A stretch of 64,000 nucleotides of DNA from Escherichia phage HP3.2. The first letter of the stretch is position 1; every line of letters begins with the position of its first letter. Of this stretch, positions 1-9,513 are shown in pieces. The notes under the pieces are model-generated. The model was given only the letters and a program-made list of their open reading frames with translations. It did not search any database and was not told the DNA's origin. Location of the stretch: the sequence record OP978391.1. One strand, 5' to 3'. A program made the translations under genes and the position numbers.

Positions 1-164
1 GCATTAATAGATGGAACGCTATGATACTCATTGACATGAGATTTAATTAATTTGAATGTATTTTTAGCTGGACCACTTTCAAAATATTCTGAATCCATAT
101 ATGGCCAAACTTTTGAAAAATAAGCTTGATCAAATATGAGATGAGAAAGAATAATTTCTACCAC
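1..164 (-). CDS. 41: DNA helicase gp41, N-terminal fragment (gene runs off the window start)
   Basis: Minus-strand ORF starting at GTG 162-164 with AGGAG Shine-Dalgarno; translation MVEIILSHLIFDQAYFSKVWPYMDSEYFESGPAKNTF...; sits upstream of 40/uvsX as in T4. Confidence 0.55.
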   Translation of the reverse strand, partial: MVEIILSHLIFDQAYFSKVWPYMDSEYFESGPAKNTFKLIKSHVNEYHSVPSIN

Positions 165-173
165 ACTTACTCC

Positions 174-536
174 TTAAAAGAATTTAAACTTTTTCTTTGA
201 CCTTTTATTAAATGCATCTTGTAGTTGCATTGTAATACATTTTTCTACATGAGGAGCTAACTCAGCTTTTCTTTCTTGGTCAAGAACAGCAAAGTCCATT
301 ACGACTTTTCCATCAACCCAATCTAATTTTGTCACATACACAATGTGTGTAGAACCATCTTCTAGTTTAATGACAATCTCCTGGATAACATTTTCCATAG
401 CGGATTTAATTATCTTAAGAGACTCATTAAAAAGACGTTCTTTTCTTTCTTCTTCCCCCTCCGAAGAGGGGGATTCATCGATAATTTCTAGATCTAAGTC
501 TAAATCATCTTTATTCATTAAATTCTTCCATATCAC
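174..536 (-). CDS. 40: gp40 head vertex assembly chaperone-like protein (120 aa)
   Basis: ORF between gene 41 start and uvsX, T4 order 41-40-uvsX; acidic N-terminus; called by position. Confidence 0.55.
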   Translation of the reverse strand: MIWKNLMNKDDLDLDLEIIDESPSSEGEEERKERLFNESLKIIKSAMENVIQEIVIKLEDGSTHIVYVTKLDWVDGKVVMDFAVLDQERKAELAPHVEKCITMQLQDAFNKRSKKKFKFF

Positions 537-1692
537 TTAACTGTTCGAGGTCAGTTTCTAAATCAGCAGCTGATTTACTTTTACTTTCTGGAGATTTAAA
601 TTTTTCAACCTTTGAGTTAATCAATTCATCAACTTCAGCTTCAACAATTTCATTACTATCAATAGCACCTAACTGATAAGCACGTTTAATAGCATCTCGG
701 AATGGTTGATGCTTAAATAAAGGACCCCAGAATGTAGTGCAGTTAGTATCTTTTGCACGCCAAGATTTTTCTTCGCGAATCATCTCGCCGGTTTCTTCGT
801 CAAGAAATTCACGAGCATACCAACCATTCTTAGGTTTTACTACAAATCCTAATTCTAGAGCCATATCTAACAATCCAGAATAAGGATCGATACCACCGTC
901 AAATTTAACATCAATAAAGAATTTACTTTTTTCTTTAACGGTACGAGATTTTTCTACATTTAGAACAAATTGATACCCCTGAAGATCAGAACCATCTTTA
1001 ATCTGACGCTTACCGATAATGAATACGGTATCAGCCGAATACATTACGCCTGTACCACCTGTCATCACGGTTTTACTAAACATTTCAATTGTTTCAATTG
1101 TATGGTTAACCGCAACGCATGGAATATTTTTAATGCTAAAATAAGGAGTAACGATACGGAATAATGACTTCAGTGATTTAGCACGAGTCATATCTGCCAC
1201 AGATTTTTCATTCAAGGCATCTTCAGTTTCTTTCTTAGAAGCCATATTACCAATTGAATCGATGAATACAATAACTTTTTCACCACGCTCAATAGCTTCA
1301 AGCTGATTCACCATATCAATTTTCAGCTGTTCAACTGATTGAATTGGCGTATGAATTACACGTTCCGGGTCAACTCCCATGGATCGCAAATAAGCTGGAG
1401 TAATACCAAATTCGCTATCATAGAATAGACAAACCGCGTCAGGATATTTGTTCAAATATGCCGCAACCATAGTCAAAGACATATTTGATTTAAAGTGTTT
1501 AGAAGGCCCTGCAAAAATAGTTAAACCAGACTGCATACCGCCATCAATCGCACCAGAAATAGCGATATTAAGCATTGGAATTTTTGTACGAATTACATCC
1601 TTTTCATTAAAGAATTTAGATGTAGTCAGTTCAGCAGTCATTTTAGAAGTGGAAGCTTTAATCAAACGGGATTTTAAATCTGCAATAGACAT
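511..1692 (-). CDS. uvsX: UvsX RecA-like recombinase (393 aa)
   Basis: Length and sequence agree with T4 UvsX (ca. 391 aa); RecA-type Walker A region GPSKHFKS; acidic C-terminal tail. Confidence 0.9.
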   Translation of the reverse strand: MSIADLKSRLIKASTSKMTAELTTSKFFNEKDVIRTKIPMLNIAISGAIDGGMQSGLTIFAGPSKHFKSNMSLTMVAAYLNKYPDAVCLFYDSEFGITPAYLRSMGVDPERVIHTPIQSVEQLKIDMVNQLEAIERGEKVIVFIDSIGNMASKKETEDALNEKSVADMTRAKSLKSLFRIVTPYFSIKNIPCVAVNHTIETIEMFSKTVMTGGTGVMYSADTVFIIGKRQIKDGSDLQGYQFVLNVEKSRTVKEKSKFFIDVKFDGGIDPYSGLLDMALELGFVVKPKNGWYAREFLDEETGEMIREEKSWRAKDTNCTTFWGPLFKHQPFRDAIKRAYQLGAIDSNEIVEAEVDELINSKVEKFKSPESKSKSAADLETDLEQLSDMEEFNE

Positions 1693-1769
1693 TCATTTTT
1701 TCCATAGGCATCATTATATTTTCCTCACTGGTTAAAGATATAGTAATTATAACACAATAAATTTAGGCA

Positions 1770-2615
1770 TTAATCAACTGCTATTGGATGAATAGCATTA
1801 AACTTATGAAATGCTTCTGATTTTTCTTTACGCGAAACACACATGCGAAGAACCTTTAATGGCTCGTCTTCTTCACCCAACGATTTTCGTTTTTCAATAT
1901 TCGATGTTTTCCAACGAGCTTGCTCTGGAAACTCTCTATTGATTTGCTCAAGCGCTCTATTATGTTTAGAATTACTACGAATTGAACTACACCCACCGGG
2001 AGCGTGTGATTTTCCAGATACAACTAGATATTTGAACAAGGCCAAATGCGGATAACCTTGATTAATTAAATTGAGAAATGCATACATATCTTCGCATAAA
2101 TCAATTTTTCCATACCCAATTTGTTCTGTCGTAAGTTTTCCGAGGTCATACCATGTATTCGTGAATCCATATGAGTTTTCACGATAATTGCCCCAAGATG
2201 AAGTAATTTTAAAAATTGGTAGACGAGCATGACCGTGATAATACCCGCAATCCATGGCATCTTCAACGTATTGAATTAATTCATAGAACTGTTCACGAGT
2301 TAATTGATTAATTTTATCTACACGCCGTTTATCGTCTCTCTTTCGTATTGAACTCATACGAATAGTAGTATCATCAATCATCCAGATTCGTTGACCTGCA
2401 TACATATCAGTAATTGCTTTACGAGTACCGGCAATTCCATTAACATCATCAGGAATAGTTACAATTTTAGCTCTAGACCCATAAGCATCATAATAAGCTT
2501 TTTCTTCGTGTTCACGCACCACAATATGGGGTTCATAATCAGTCGGAAACATATTAAGGGCAGAAACTGCCCCGACACGTTGATAACTTGGAATTACGAA
2601 TTGAATCATTTCCAC
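1770..2615 (-). CDS. Hypothetical 281-aa protein at the beta-glucosyltransferase locus; candidate hmC-DNA sugar transferase
   Basis: Fills the uvsX-42 gap where T4 has beta-gt (ca. 351 aa) but does not match beta-gt in length or N-terminus; has DxD-like motifs (MIDDTT, CEDMY); function by position only. Confidence 0.45.
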   Translation of the reverse strand: MEMIQFVIPSYQRVGAVSALNMFPTDYEPHIVVREHEEKAYYDAYGSRAKIVTIPDDVNGIAGTRKAITDMYAGQRIWMIDDTTIRMSSIRKRDDKRRVDKINQLTREQFYELIQYVEDAMDCGYYHGHARLPIFKITSSWGNYRENSYGFTNTWYDLGKLTTEQIGYGKIDLCEDMYAFLNLINQGYPHLALFKYLVVSGKSHAPGGCSSIRSNSKHNRALEQINREFPEQARWKTSNIEKRKSLGEEDEPLKVLRMCVSRKEKSEAFHKFNAIHPIAVD

Positions 2616-3346
2616 TCACCTTTATAGTCTTTTTTCACAATATGAGTTTCGCCAGTATTCCACCAATGATCAACCAAATAAAAATGACGAGAATATACAT
2701 GAAGACTTCCAACATTCCATATAATAGAACCTGCTTTATACTGACGAGTTGAATCGCCTGCATTCAAATCAGATACTAATTTATCTAATACGTATTTTTG
2801 CCATGCATAATCATTACGGAATCCGAAGACCACGTCATTTGAGCGCATGCTTACTACCGCATTGACTTTCTTATCACGAATCAAGTACTGTACTGTATTA
2901 GTACACATGAAATCTGACATACCATCTTTATTGTAGTCAAACTGCATAGATGGACGAGTATAAATCATGATACCACGTCGAGAATCAGGATTTTGACCAA
3001 GTTCAGCTAAACACATATCATACTGGGCATAGTTATCTTCTGACCAAATAGCCCAACCATAATTCGAGTTAATTTCGCCTTTAGAAGATGCTACCTGCTG
3101 CCAAATCTTTGGTGTTTCACCTGGAATATCTTTAACAAACAAACTCTTAGATTTATACCATTCAAGTTCACGCTGAATGTATTCATCATTAAGAGCGCCA
3201 AAAATAAACGGTTCATCTGCTACAAATGATGCGCCAATAATTTCAATAGTTTTAACACCAGTTTTATCAACTACGAAATCTTTTTCTTTTAATGCAAGCC
3301 CCAAATGAAGACGGATTTCTTCAACTGTCATAGAGTCACTAATCAT
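2606..3346 (-). CDS. 42: dCMP hydroxymethylase gp42 (246 aa)
   Basis: 246 aa as in T4 gp42; thymidylate-synthase-like fold region; position between beta-gt locus and imm. Confidence 0.9.
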   Translation of the reverse strand: MISDSMTVEEIRLHLGLALKEKDFVVDKTGVKTIEIIGASFVADEPFIFGALNDEYIQRELEWYKSKSLFVKDIPGETPKIWQQVASSKGEINSNYGWAIWSEDNYAQYDMCLAELGQNPDSRRGIMIYTRPSMQFDYNKDGMSDFMCTNTVQYLIRDKKVNAVVSMRSNDVVFGFRNDYAWQKYVLDKLVSDLNAGDSTRQYKAGSIIWNVGSLHVYSRHFYLVDHWWNTGETHIVKKDYKGEWK

Positions 3347-3499
3347 TTAAACCTCAATTGATACATTCATATTTAACTTGTAACAGTAATAAACTCCAAC
3401 CTAAAATAATAGTTGGAATCATAAGAGGAACCGTTACACTATAGTATATACTTATTATAATCATCAAGATTAAAAGCAACACTGCTATAATTTTGCTTT

Positions 3500-3751
3500 T
3501 CATTCCTTCTCTCTGATGATAATTACTTGATTTGGCTGTGCAGACTTTTTAGTTTCACCCGCAATTGACCAAATAAATGTAATAAACCAACCAATAATTG
3601 ACCAGTTAAACAGTAAAGATGTGAAAAAGATTCCTACTGTCGATTTTGACCCACGCATCAAGGCGATAAACCATGGAAGCATGTATATAATAATAGCCAA
3701 CACACCTGAAACTAAAACCATAAAAATTGAACCTGTTACTAAAGTTTCCAT
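3500..3751 (-). CDS. imm: Imm superinfection immunity membrane protein (83 aa)
   Basis: 83 aa with two hydrophobic helices (LVSGVLAIIIYMLPWFIALM; IIGWFITFIWSIAG), matching T4 Imm. Confidence 0.8.
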   Translation of the reverse strand: METLVTGSIFMVLVSGVLAIIIYMLPWFIALMRGSKSTVGIFFTSLLFNWSIIGWFITFIWSIAGETKKSAQPNQVIIIREKE

Positions 3752-3758
3752 ATTTTCC

Positions 3759-4139
3759 TCACTTAGTCAAATTTTTTACACATGAATTATAAGAATTCAC
3801 TACATACTCCATCGGAGCATTTTTACCAGTACGCCATTGGTAATTATTGGCCCAATTAGCCCAAAGCTCGGCGCAGTAGTTTTCAATTTTTTCTTCGCGT
3901 GTAATTACATCCGAATTACGATATGCTTGAGCAGATTCATCTGGACGAATAGCCTCGTCAAAATTCGCCTGCATTTGTTCTACTGTCTGTTTTGGAGCTT
4001 CTTTATAACACTTGACATTAGGATTATAAAATTTGCTTGAACAGTTTACAATTTTTCCTACATCAGACTGATTTACTACCGGTCCTTGAGCTACACAACC
4101 AGTAAGACCTAATGCAATAACCAAAATAGCGATTTTCAT
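3759..4139 (-). CDS. Predicted lipoprotein (126 aa), imm-adjacent
   Basis: N-terminal signal peptide with lipobox MKIAILVIALGLTGC; several Cys in mature part. Confidence 0.6.
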   Translation of the reverse strand: MKIAILVIALGLTGCVAQGPVVNQSDVGKIVNCSSKFYNPNVKCYKEAPKQTVEQMQANFDEAIRPDESAQAYRNSDVITREEKIENYCAELWANWANNYQWRTGKNAPMEYVVNSYNSCVKNLTK

Positions 4140-4149
4140 AATAATTTCC

Positions 4150-4398
4150 TCAAATACAAGTAGTAATTACTCCAGTAGTGCTTATGCAGGTATTACCCAT
4201 TTGCACACCTAAAGATCCATTTGTATTCACATGAAGATTATCATCAATTTTAACTGATATTTTACCATTAGTGTGAATAACAGTGCTAGATTCAATCACA
4301 GGTTGAGTATCATTTTCAACACTAACAAATGGAACTGCTGCTAATGCAACTAAACAAACTGCTAAGCAACCCATAACAATTTTCATTTTATTCTCCAA
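4150..4398 (-). CDS. Small secreted/membrane-anchored protein (82 aa)
   Basis: N-terminal signal-like hydrophobic segment MKIVMGCLAVCLVALAAVPFVS; first gene after an early promoter. Confidence 0.5.
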   Translation of the reverse strand: MENKMKIVMGCLAVCLVALAAVPFVSVENDTQPVIESSTVIHTNGKISVKIDDNLHVNTNGSLGVQMGNTCISTTGVITTCI

Positions 4399-4414
4399 AT
4401 CCGTATCAGTAGTT

Positions 4415-4480
4415 GATAGTTGTATAGTACCATGGAAGAACAGAGATGTAAACAGTTTTGTGAAAATTTTTTAGGGAATT
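4415..4480 (-). promoter_or_regulatory. T4-type early promoter
   Basis: Minus strand reads GTTTAC-17 nt-gTACTAT with AT-rich upstream region; nearly identical to the cassette at 45300-45385. Confidence 0.6.
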
Positions 4481-4540
4481 CTAAATGTCCAGAATCATCT
4501 GTTTTTCATAAGTATAGATTTATATTACTTGTATGAAAAA

Positions 4541-4556
4541 GGGACCCGGAGGTCCC
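4541..4556 (-). terminator. Intrinsic terminator downstream of gene 43
   Basis: Minus-strand RNA GGGACC-UCCG-GGUCCC hairpin followed by UUUUU. Confidence 0.65.
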
Positions 4557-4569
4557 TAGATTTATTCTA

Positions 4570-7266
4570 TCAGCCAAACAGGAAGTCTAACGAAGCTTTT
4601 TCTTCATAGTCCATACCAGCCGATTCACACATGCCCGCAAGCGGTTTAACAAACGATTTTTGGAACAAAGTTGAGTAGTCAATCCAAGACAGTACGTCAG
4701 AACGAATTTCTTTTGGAAGTTCTGTACCCGACGGCCAAGCAATGCATTTGTCACCAAATGGATTTCCTTCACGCAATGGAAGAACCATTACTTTATTTCC
4801 ATCCAAAATTGGAGCTACACCTAAACCGCTAACAGCTCGACGATAAGTTAGCACACCACGAATATGGAACGGACATTTAAATCCTGGCCAACCTTTATCA
4901 TCATATTTCGCTATATCGTTCGCAGTTTTTACTTCAGCAATAACTTTATAGTCGAGTTGACGATATTCTTTCTCGAAGTTCTTGTAATATTCTTGGACAG
5001 ACTCTTCACCTTCCTGAAGAATACGACGAATACTTTCTTCGAGAGCTTCTTGTACTGCTTTTGGTGTTGAACTCTGCTGAGTTTCCATACCCATGATTTT
5101 TAGATGCGGTTCAGCAAATCGTTTATCTTCCATATCATAAACGTTCAGAGCATAACGCTTTTTCGCTTTCCAAAATCCACCAATACCCTTTGAACCAAGT
5201 GGAGGGCAAGAAATAGCTTCACGGTCCATATGCATCAGATGCTCGCGGTTATTCATATAATCACATAACTCACGATATGCAACATCAATCATAGGTTCCA
5301 TCTTTTTCTTACCGAACTGATTCATAAATTCAACCAAATCGTTCTGCTCTTTGAATCGGTCAAGACCAACTTTTTCAATAACTTTATCTACACAAACATA
5401 TACCGAATCAGTATCACCTGCTGCAATGAAATCTTCGCCATTAGTTCCGCATACTTTATTCAGATATTCATTAATTTTACGAGCAATCCACTGAATACCA
5501 ACTTGGCCAAAAATTGTGATAGCAGTAGCATTTCGCAAATCATAGTAACGGAAATGAATATTACCAAGAGCACCATAAAGACTGTTAATGAGAATTTTAC
5601 GGTTCAGCTGATTTGTGTTAGCAAGTGTAGCAGCTTTTTCACATTCTTCAATCAAACTATTGAGAACAGATTCAGTATAATTCGACAGTTCATTTAAGAA
5701 ATCATCACTGAACTTAACATATCGTTCAACTTCTGGTTTAGTTGAACAAGACCCTGCGCCTTTCATAATAATCTTTTTAATAGCTTCGGCATTCATTTCT
5801 TCAGCGAACATTTTCTTTTTCCAGTCTTTACGCTGGAAAAATACTTTAGCGATTTCCTTTGGAATGATACCTTCTTGATGCTTATCATACATCCATCCAT
5901 TCGGAGAACAAGAATATTCTTCACTTGGCTTAGGAGCTGTTCCTGCGATATATTCATGAATTGGATGAACTTTAAATTGTCCACGAATAGTCTCAGGACT
6001 AATGTTAACCTGACGAATAATGCTCGGATACAGAGACGTCAAGTCAAAACTCATAATATATCGACGAGCAATTGGTTTAGGTTCAAACACAAATGCACCC
6101 GGAAAACTCTGTTTAACATGCGAACCTTGTTGAGGAATAACCTTATGTTCACCTTTCAATGAGTTAAAAATAATAGCATCCCAAGTTTTAATAGGACTCA
6201 TTACACCAGAAAAAGGCATTTTAGCATAATAAGACATACTTAAAACTAGATCGATAAACCCGCGAATTTTATCAATTGCTTGAACTGATTCTACGTCAAT
6301 GATGTTATAACTAATGTATCGTTGATGATTAGTCTCACGAAGTTTATTAATAGGACCATCATACGGTAATTTACCTTTTTTGGTTTCATGTTGAGCAACT
6401 GATTCCAAAGAGAATGACGGCAAATTAGTAAAAGCGAATTTCTTGTACAAATCTAAATAATCAAGAATAGATACGCCATCAATAGAATAAATTTCTTTGC
6501 TACCGTACATATTTTGAATTAGTTTAGATTTTACTCGACCGATTGGAGAGAAGCGTTTCATACTACGTTCACCGAGAACCATTTTAACACGATTCATGAT
6601 ATACGGAACGTCAAATCCCTCAATATTCCAACCAGTAAAAATAGCAGGTCGTTTCTGTTCCCAGAGATTGATATATTCCATGAGCATATCACGCTCATTA
6701 TCGAATGGCATATAAATTACTCGGTCAAGAATTTCTTGAGGAACTTCATCACCACCTTCACAGTCAAGCTTAGCAGCTAACTTTGCATCCCATTTTGATA
6801 CTGAACCGTACATTGAATTCAAAAGGTCGAAAACATAAAAACGATCATCAATTGAATCATAATGAGTAATAGCATCAATTTCATATTCTGCTTTCATTGG
6901 GTCAGGAAATTTATCACCAGTAACCTCAATGTCACAGTTAGCTACACGAACAAATTTTCGGTCATAAACAATTTCTGAACCATATGTATCACTGATATAA
7001 GCGAGTTTAAAATCGTTCATACCGAGAGCTTCGAGACCGATGTCTTCCATTCGTTTCATCCAATCTCGAGCATCTTTCATTGATGGAAATTTTTGAGGAG
7101 CGCAGTTTTTACCATAGATGTCTTTGTATTTTGACTCTTCCTTACAATGCCTAAACATAGTCGGAAGATATTCTACTTCACGAGTACGTTCCTTTCCGTT
7201 TTCATCAATATAACGTTCAACAATGTTATTTCCGACTGTTTCAATAGAGATATAAAATTCTTTCAT
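4570..7266 (-). CDS. 43: DNA polymerase gp43 (898 aa)
   Basis: 898 aa as in T4 gp43; family-B polymerase motifs (FDIE exo, YGDTDS). Confidence 0.95.
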   Translation of the reverse strand: MKEFYISIETVGNNIVERYIDENGKERTREVEYLPTMFRHCKEESKYKDIYGKNCAPQKFPSMKDARDWMKRMEDIGLEALGMNDFKLAYISDTYGSEIVYDRKFVRVANCDIEVTGDKFPDPMKAEYEIDAITHYDSIDDRFYVFDLLNSMYGSVSKWDAKLAAKLDCEGGDEVPQEILDRVIYMPFDNERDMLMEYINLWEQKRPAIFTGWNIEGFDVPYIMNRVKMVLGERSMKRFSPIGRVKSKLIQNMYGSKEIYSIDGVSILDYLDLYKKFAFTNLPSFSLESVAQHETKKGKLPYDGPINKLRETNHQRYISYNIIDVESVQAIDKIRGFIDLVLSMSYYAKMPFSGVMSPIKTWDAIIFNSLKGEHKVIPQQGSHVKQSFPGAFVFEPKPIARRYIMSFDLTSLYPSIIRQVNISPETIRGQFKVHPIHEYIAGTAPKPSEEYSCSPNGWMYDKHQEGIIPKEIAKVFFQRKDWKKKMFAEEMNAEAIKKIIMKGAGSCSTKPEVERYVKFSDDFLNELSNYTESVLNSLIEECEKAATLANTNQLNRKILINSLYGALGNIHFRYYDLRNATAITIFGQVGIQWIARKINEYLNKVCGTNGEDFIAAGDTDSVYVCVDKVIEKVGLDRFKEQNDLVEFMNQFGKKKMEPMIDVAYRELCDYMNNREHLMHMDREAISCPPLGSKGIGGFWKAKKRYALNVYDMEDKRFAEPHLKIMGMETQQSSTPKAVQEALEESIRRILQEGEESVQEYYKNFEKEYRQLDYKVIAEVKTANDIAKYDDKGWPGFKCPFHIRGVLTYRRAVSGLGVAPILDGNKVMVLPLREGNPFGDKCIAWPSGTELPKEIRSDVLSWIDYSTLFQKSFVKPLAGMCESAGMDYEEKASLDFLFG

Positions 7267-7303
7267 AGATATTCCTTAGTTTATAGCCCGAGTTATTAGG
7301 CTC
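7267..7303 (-). promoter_or_regulatory. gp43 translational operator hairpin
   Basis: Minus-strand leader GAGCCUAAUAACUCGGGCUAUAAACUAAGGAAUAUCUAUG: stem AGCC/GGCU just 5' of the SD, matching the T4 gene 43 autoregulatory operator. Confidence 0.7.
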
Positions 7304-7324
7304 TTGATATATTATACTCCAAAT

Positions 7325-7343
7325 AAGGGGCCGAAGCCCCTTG
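7325..7343 (-). terminator. Hairpin terminator/attenuator upstream of gene 43
   Basis: AAGGGGC-UUCG-GCCCCUU on minus-strand RNA; weak U tract. Confidence 0.5.
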
Positions 7344-7344
7344 C

Positions 7345-7566
7345 TTAAATTAGTACTATTTGTCGGTGAAAAATTGTCATTCCATCTGCATTAATTGACT
7401 TAACGACTGCAGTAAAGTGTTTTTGTTCTGGGTGAATTAATTTTTGAAATTCTACCTGAAATTTTAGTTGAAGGTTTTCTGGTAAATCGAAAAGTGTTTC
7501 TGTTGCAGAAAGATTATATTTTTCTTTAAGAGACGCCATGTATTCTTGCGGAGTTATAGCAGTCAT
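7345..7566 (-). CDS. Hypothetical small protein, translationally coupled to regA
   Basis: ATG at 7564-7566 lies 1 nt after the regA stop (TAAtATG); ends at the terminator hairpin; uncertain. Confidence 0.35.
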   Translation of the reverse strand: MTAITPQEYMASLKEKYNLSATETLFDLPENLQLKFQVEFQKLIHPEQKHFTAVVKSINADGMTIFHRQIVLI

Positions 7567-7567
7567 A

Positions 7568-7936
7568 TTAATTACCAATCGTATATTTAGGAACGAGTTT
7601 CCATTCATGTTTTTGTTTAAAAGAAATAACTCGGAAATTATTAGTTAAATCTTTCATAAAAGTTCTTTGACCAGGAACGATTTCAATCAGTCCCCAATCT
7701 TCTAACAGCCATGCAATCGAATCACGACGAACTTCATCTTCTTCTGTCATTTCAACTTGGCGACCATCCATACGAAGCATTTCTTTAAAATGAACGATAT
7801 AGTATAGTCCTTTTTTCTGAAGAATATGACAGGACTGATACAGAACTTTATCTTTATTATTAGCAATTCCCATACGAGTCAAAGTTTCTTTTACTTTCAG
7901 AAAATCTTCAGGTTTTTTAAGAGTAATTTCAATCAT
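7568..7936 (-). CDS. regA: RegA translational repressor (122 aa)
   Basis: 122 aa; sequence MIEITLKKPEDFLKVKETLTRMGIANNKDKVLYQSCHILQKKGLYYIVHFKEM... agrees with T4 RegA. Confidence 0.9.
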   Translation of the reverse strand: MIEITLKKPEDFLKVKETLTRMGIANNKDKVLYQSCHILQKKGLYYIVHFKEMLRMDGRQVEMTEEDEVRRDSIAWLLEDWGLIEIVPGQRTFMKDLTNNFRVISFKQKHEWKLVPKYTIGN

Positions 7937-7937
7937 T

Positions 7938-8501
7938 TTACCATTCCAATGCTAGTTTTTTGAGTTGTTTCTGTTCTTTTACGTTCTTAGTCACTTCTTT
8001 CAAAAAATCATCCGTGACTAAACCTTTTAGTTCTTTTAATACTAAAGATAGTTTTCCATTTTTAGTAAGAATTGATTTATAGTTAATTGCATCATTTGTA
8101 TTAACTTGATACCGCTTAGCAAGTAACTTAATAATCAATACTTCGGTGGAATCTTCAACCAGTTTTGCCCATTTACCATATCTTTTACCCCGAGGAACAG
8201 CAGCCATCAGATAATTAAAATGAGCTTCATCACTTAATCCAGAACCGATTAAATTCATAGCATATACAGCTGGCATGCACTCTGGAAATTGTGATAATGC
8301 ATTCTCAACCATGTATTTTGAATAATCTTTTTGAGCAATAGAGCATTTAGTTTTATTATTAATAGCTCCAATTATTTCAAAAAACTCATTTTCAGCTTTT
8401 TCTTTAAAAGAATCAGCAGCGGATTGGACAGCTGTCCAATCTTTTGAATACCAAGCAACTTGATGCTCGTTTAATTGAATATCATCTTCAAATAAGCTCA
8501 T
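7938..8501 (-). CDS. 62: Clamp-loader small subunit gp62
   Basis: Start placed at [14 protein letters not shown] (187 aa) to match T4 gp62; overlaps the gene 44 stop. Confidence 0.85.
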   Translation of the reverse strand: MSLFEDDIQLNEHQVAWYSKDWTAVQSAADSFKEKAENEFFEIIGAINNKTKCSIAQKDYSKYMVENALSQFPECMPAVYAMNLIGSGLSDEAHFNYLMAAVPRGKRYGKWAKLVEDSTEVLIIKLLAKRYQVNTNDAINYKSILTKNGKLSLVLKELKGLVTDDFLKEVTKNVKEQKQLKKLALEW

Positions 8502-8502
8502 A

Positions 8503-9462
8503 TCACTTCCACTGCATTTCACATGCTAACTGAATGAAAAGATAAGCTAAATGCAATTCAGTATTAGCTGCAATACCATGATACTGATTATTTTCGCCGA
8601 CAATTTCGTACATACGAATAATACTCTGCGGAGTTACACGTGAATAGATTTCTTCGGCAAGTTTACCTACGAACCACGAATAATCAGCTGCATATTTTGG
8701 TGCTAAAGCTCTGAGTTGTTTAACATCTTTATTTTTGAGAGACTCAAGAACATCATCAATAGCACCACGATCGTTAGTAACCAGTGATAAAATACCAGCA
8801 TCCAAAACACCTTTAGATGAATAACTATCGAGCTCGCCAATAGTTTTACGAAAATCAGGAAAATTCTTTTTAACCAAAGCTGCTACAACTTTCATATCAG
8901 CTATAGCAATTCCTTCATGCTTACAGATTTCAGTCAATCGACGAATCATCTGCTTCATCATTTCAATTTTATCTTCATCGGTCGGTTGACCGAACGTAAT
9001 AACTCGGCAGCGTGACTGAAGTGGTTTAATAATACCATCAATATTGTTAGCAGTAATAATAATACTACAGTTTGAACTATAAGCTTCCATAAAGGAACGA
9101 AGATGTCGCTGAGACTCTGCTAATCCTGAGCGGTCAAATTCATCAATAACGATTACTTTTTGACGACCATCAAATGAAGCGGCGCTGGCAAAATTAGTCA
9201 AAGGACCGCGAACGAAATCAATTTTACAATCTGATCCATTCACAAACATCATATCAGCATTTACATCATGACACAATGCTTTTGCTACAGTTGTTTTACC
9301 TGTTCCTGGAGAAGGAGAATGAAGAATAATATGTGGAATCTTACCTTTACTTGTAATAGATTTAAAGGTTTCTTTATCAAAGGCGGGAAGAATACATTCA
9401 TCGATAGTAGATGGACGATATTTCTGTTCAAGAATGTGTTCTTTTTCATTTACGGTAATCAT
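8503..9462 (-). CDS. 44: Clamp-loader ATPase gp44
   Basis: Start placed at [17 protein letters not shown] (319 aa); AAA+ Walker A GTGKTT and Walker B VIVIDEFD. Confidence 0.9.
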
Positions 9463-9494
9463 AATTTCCTCATTCAAGTTTTAGTGTAAATTAT

Positions 9495-9513
9495 AAAGGG
9501 CCGAAGCCCTTTA
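9495..9513 (-). terminator. Hairpin between genes 45 and 44 (attenuator/terminator)
   Basis: AAAGGGC-UUCG-GCCCUUU on minus-strand RNA. Confidence 0.5.

Noticed and set aside
343-540. Plus-strand ORF (65 aa), and similar plus-strand ORFs at 970-1164, 1448-1735, 1843-2055, 2391-2627, 3837-4040, 4864-5070, 5503-5697, 5875-6162, 9523-9939, 11935-12318 and others
   Set aside because: They lie antisense within well-supported minus-strand genes (40, uvsX, 42, 43, 45, 46 and so on) and are low-complexity shadow ORFs.
1744-1772. Possible MotA-type middle promoter upstream of uvsX (ATGCCTAA ... TTATAAT)
   Set aside because: The MotA box deviates from the TGCTTnA consensus; too weak to call without transcript mapping.
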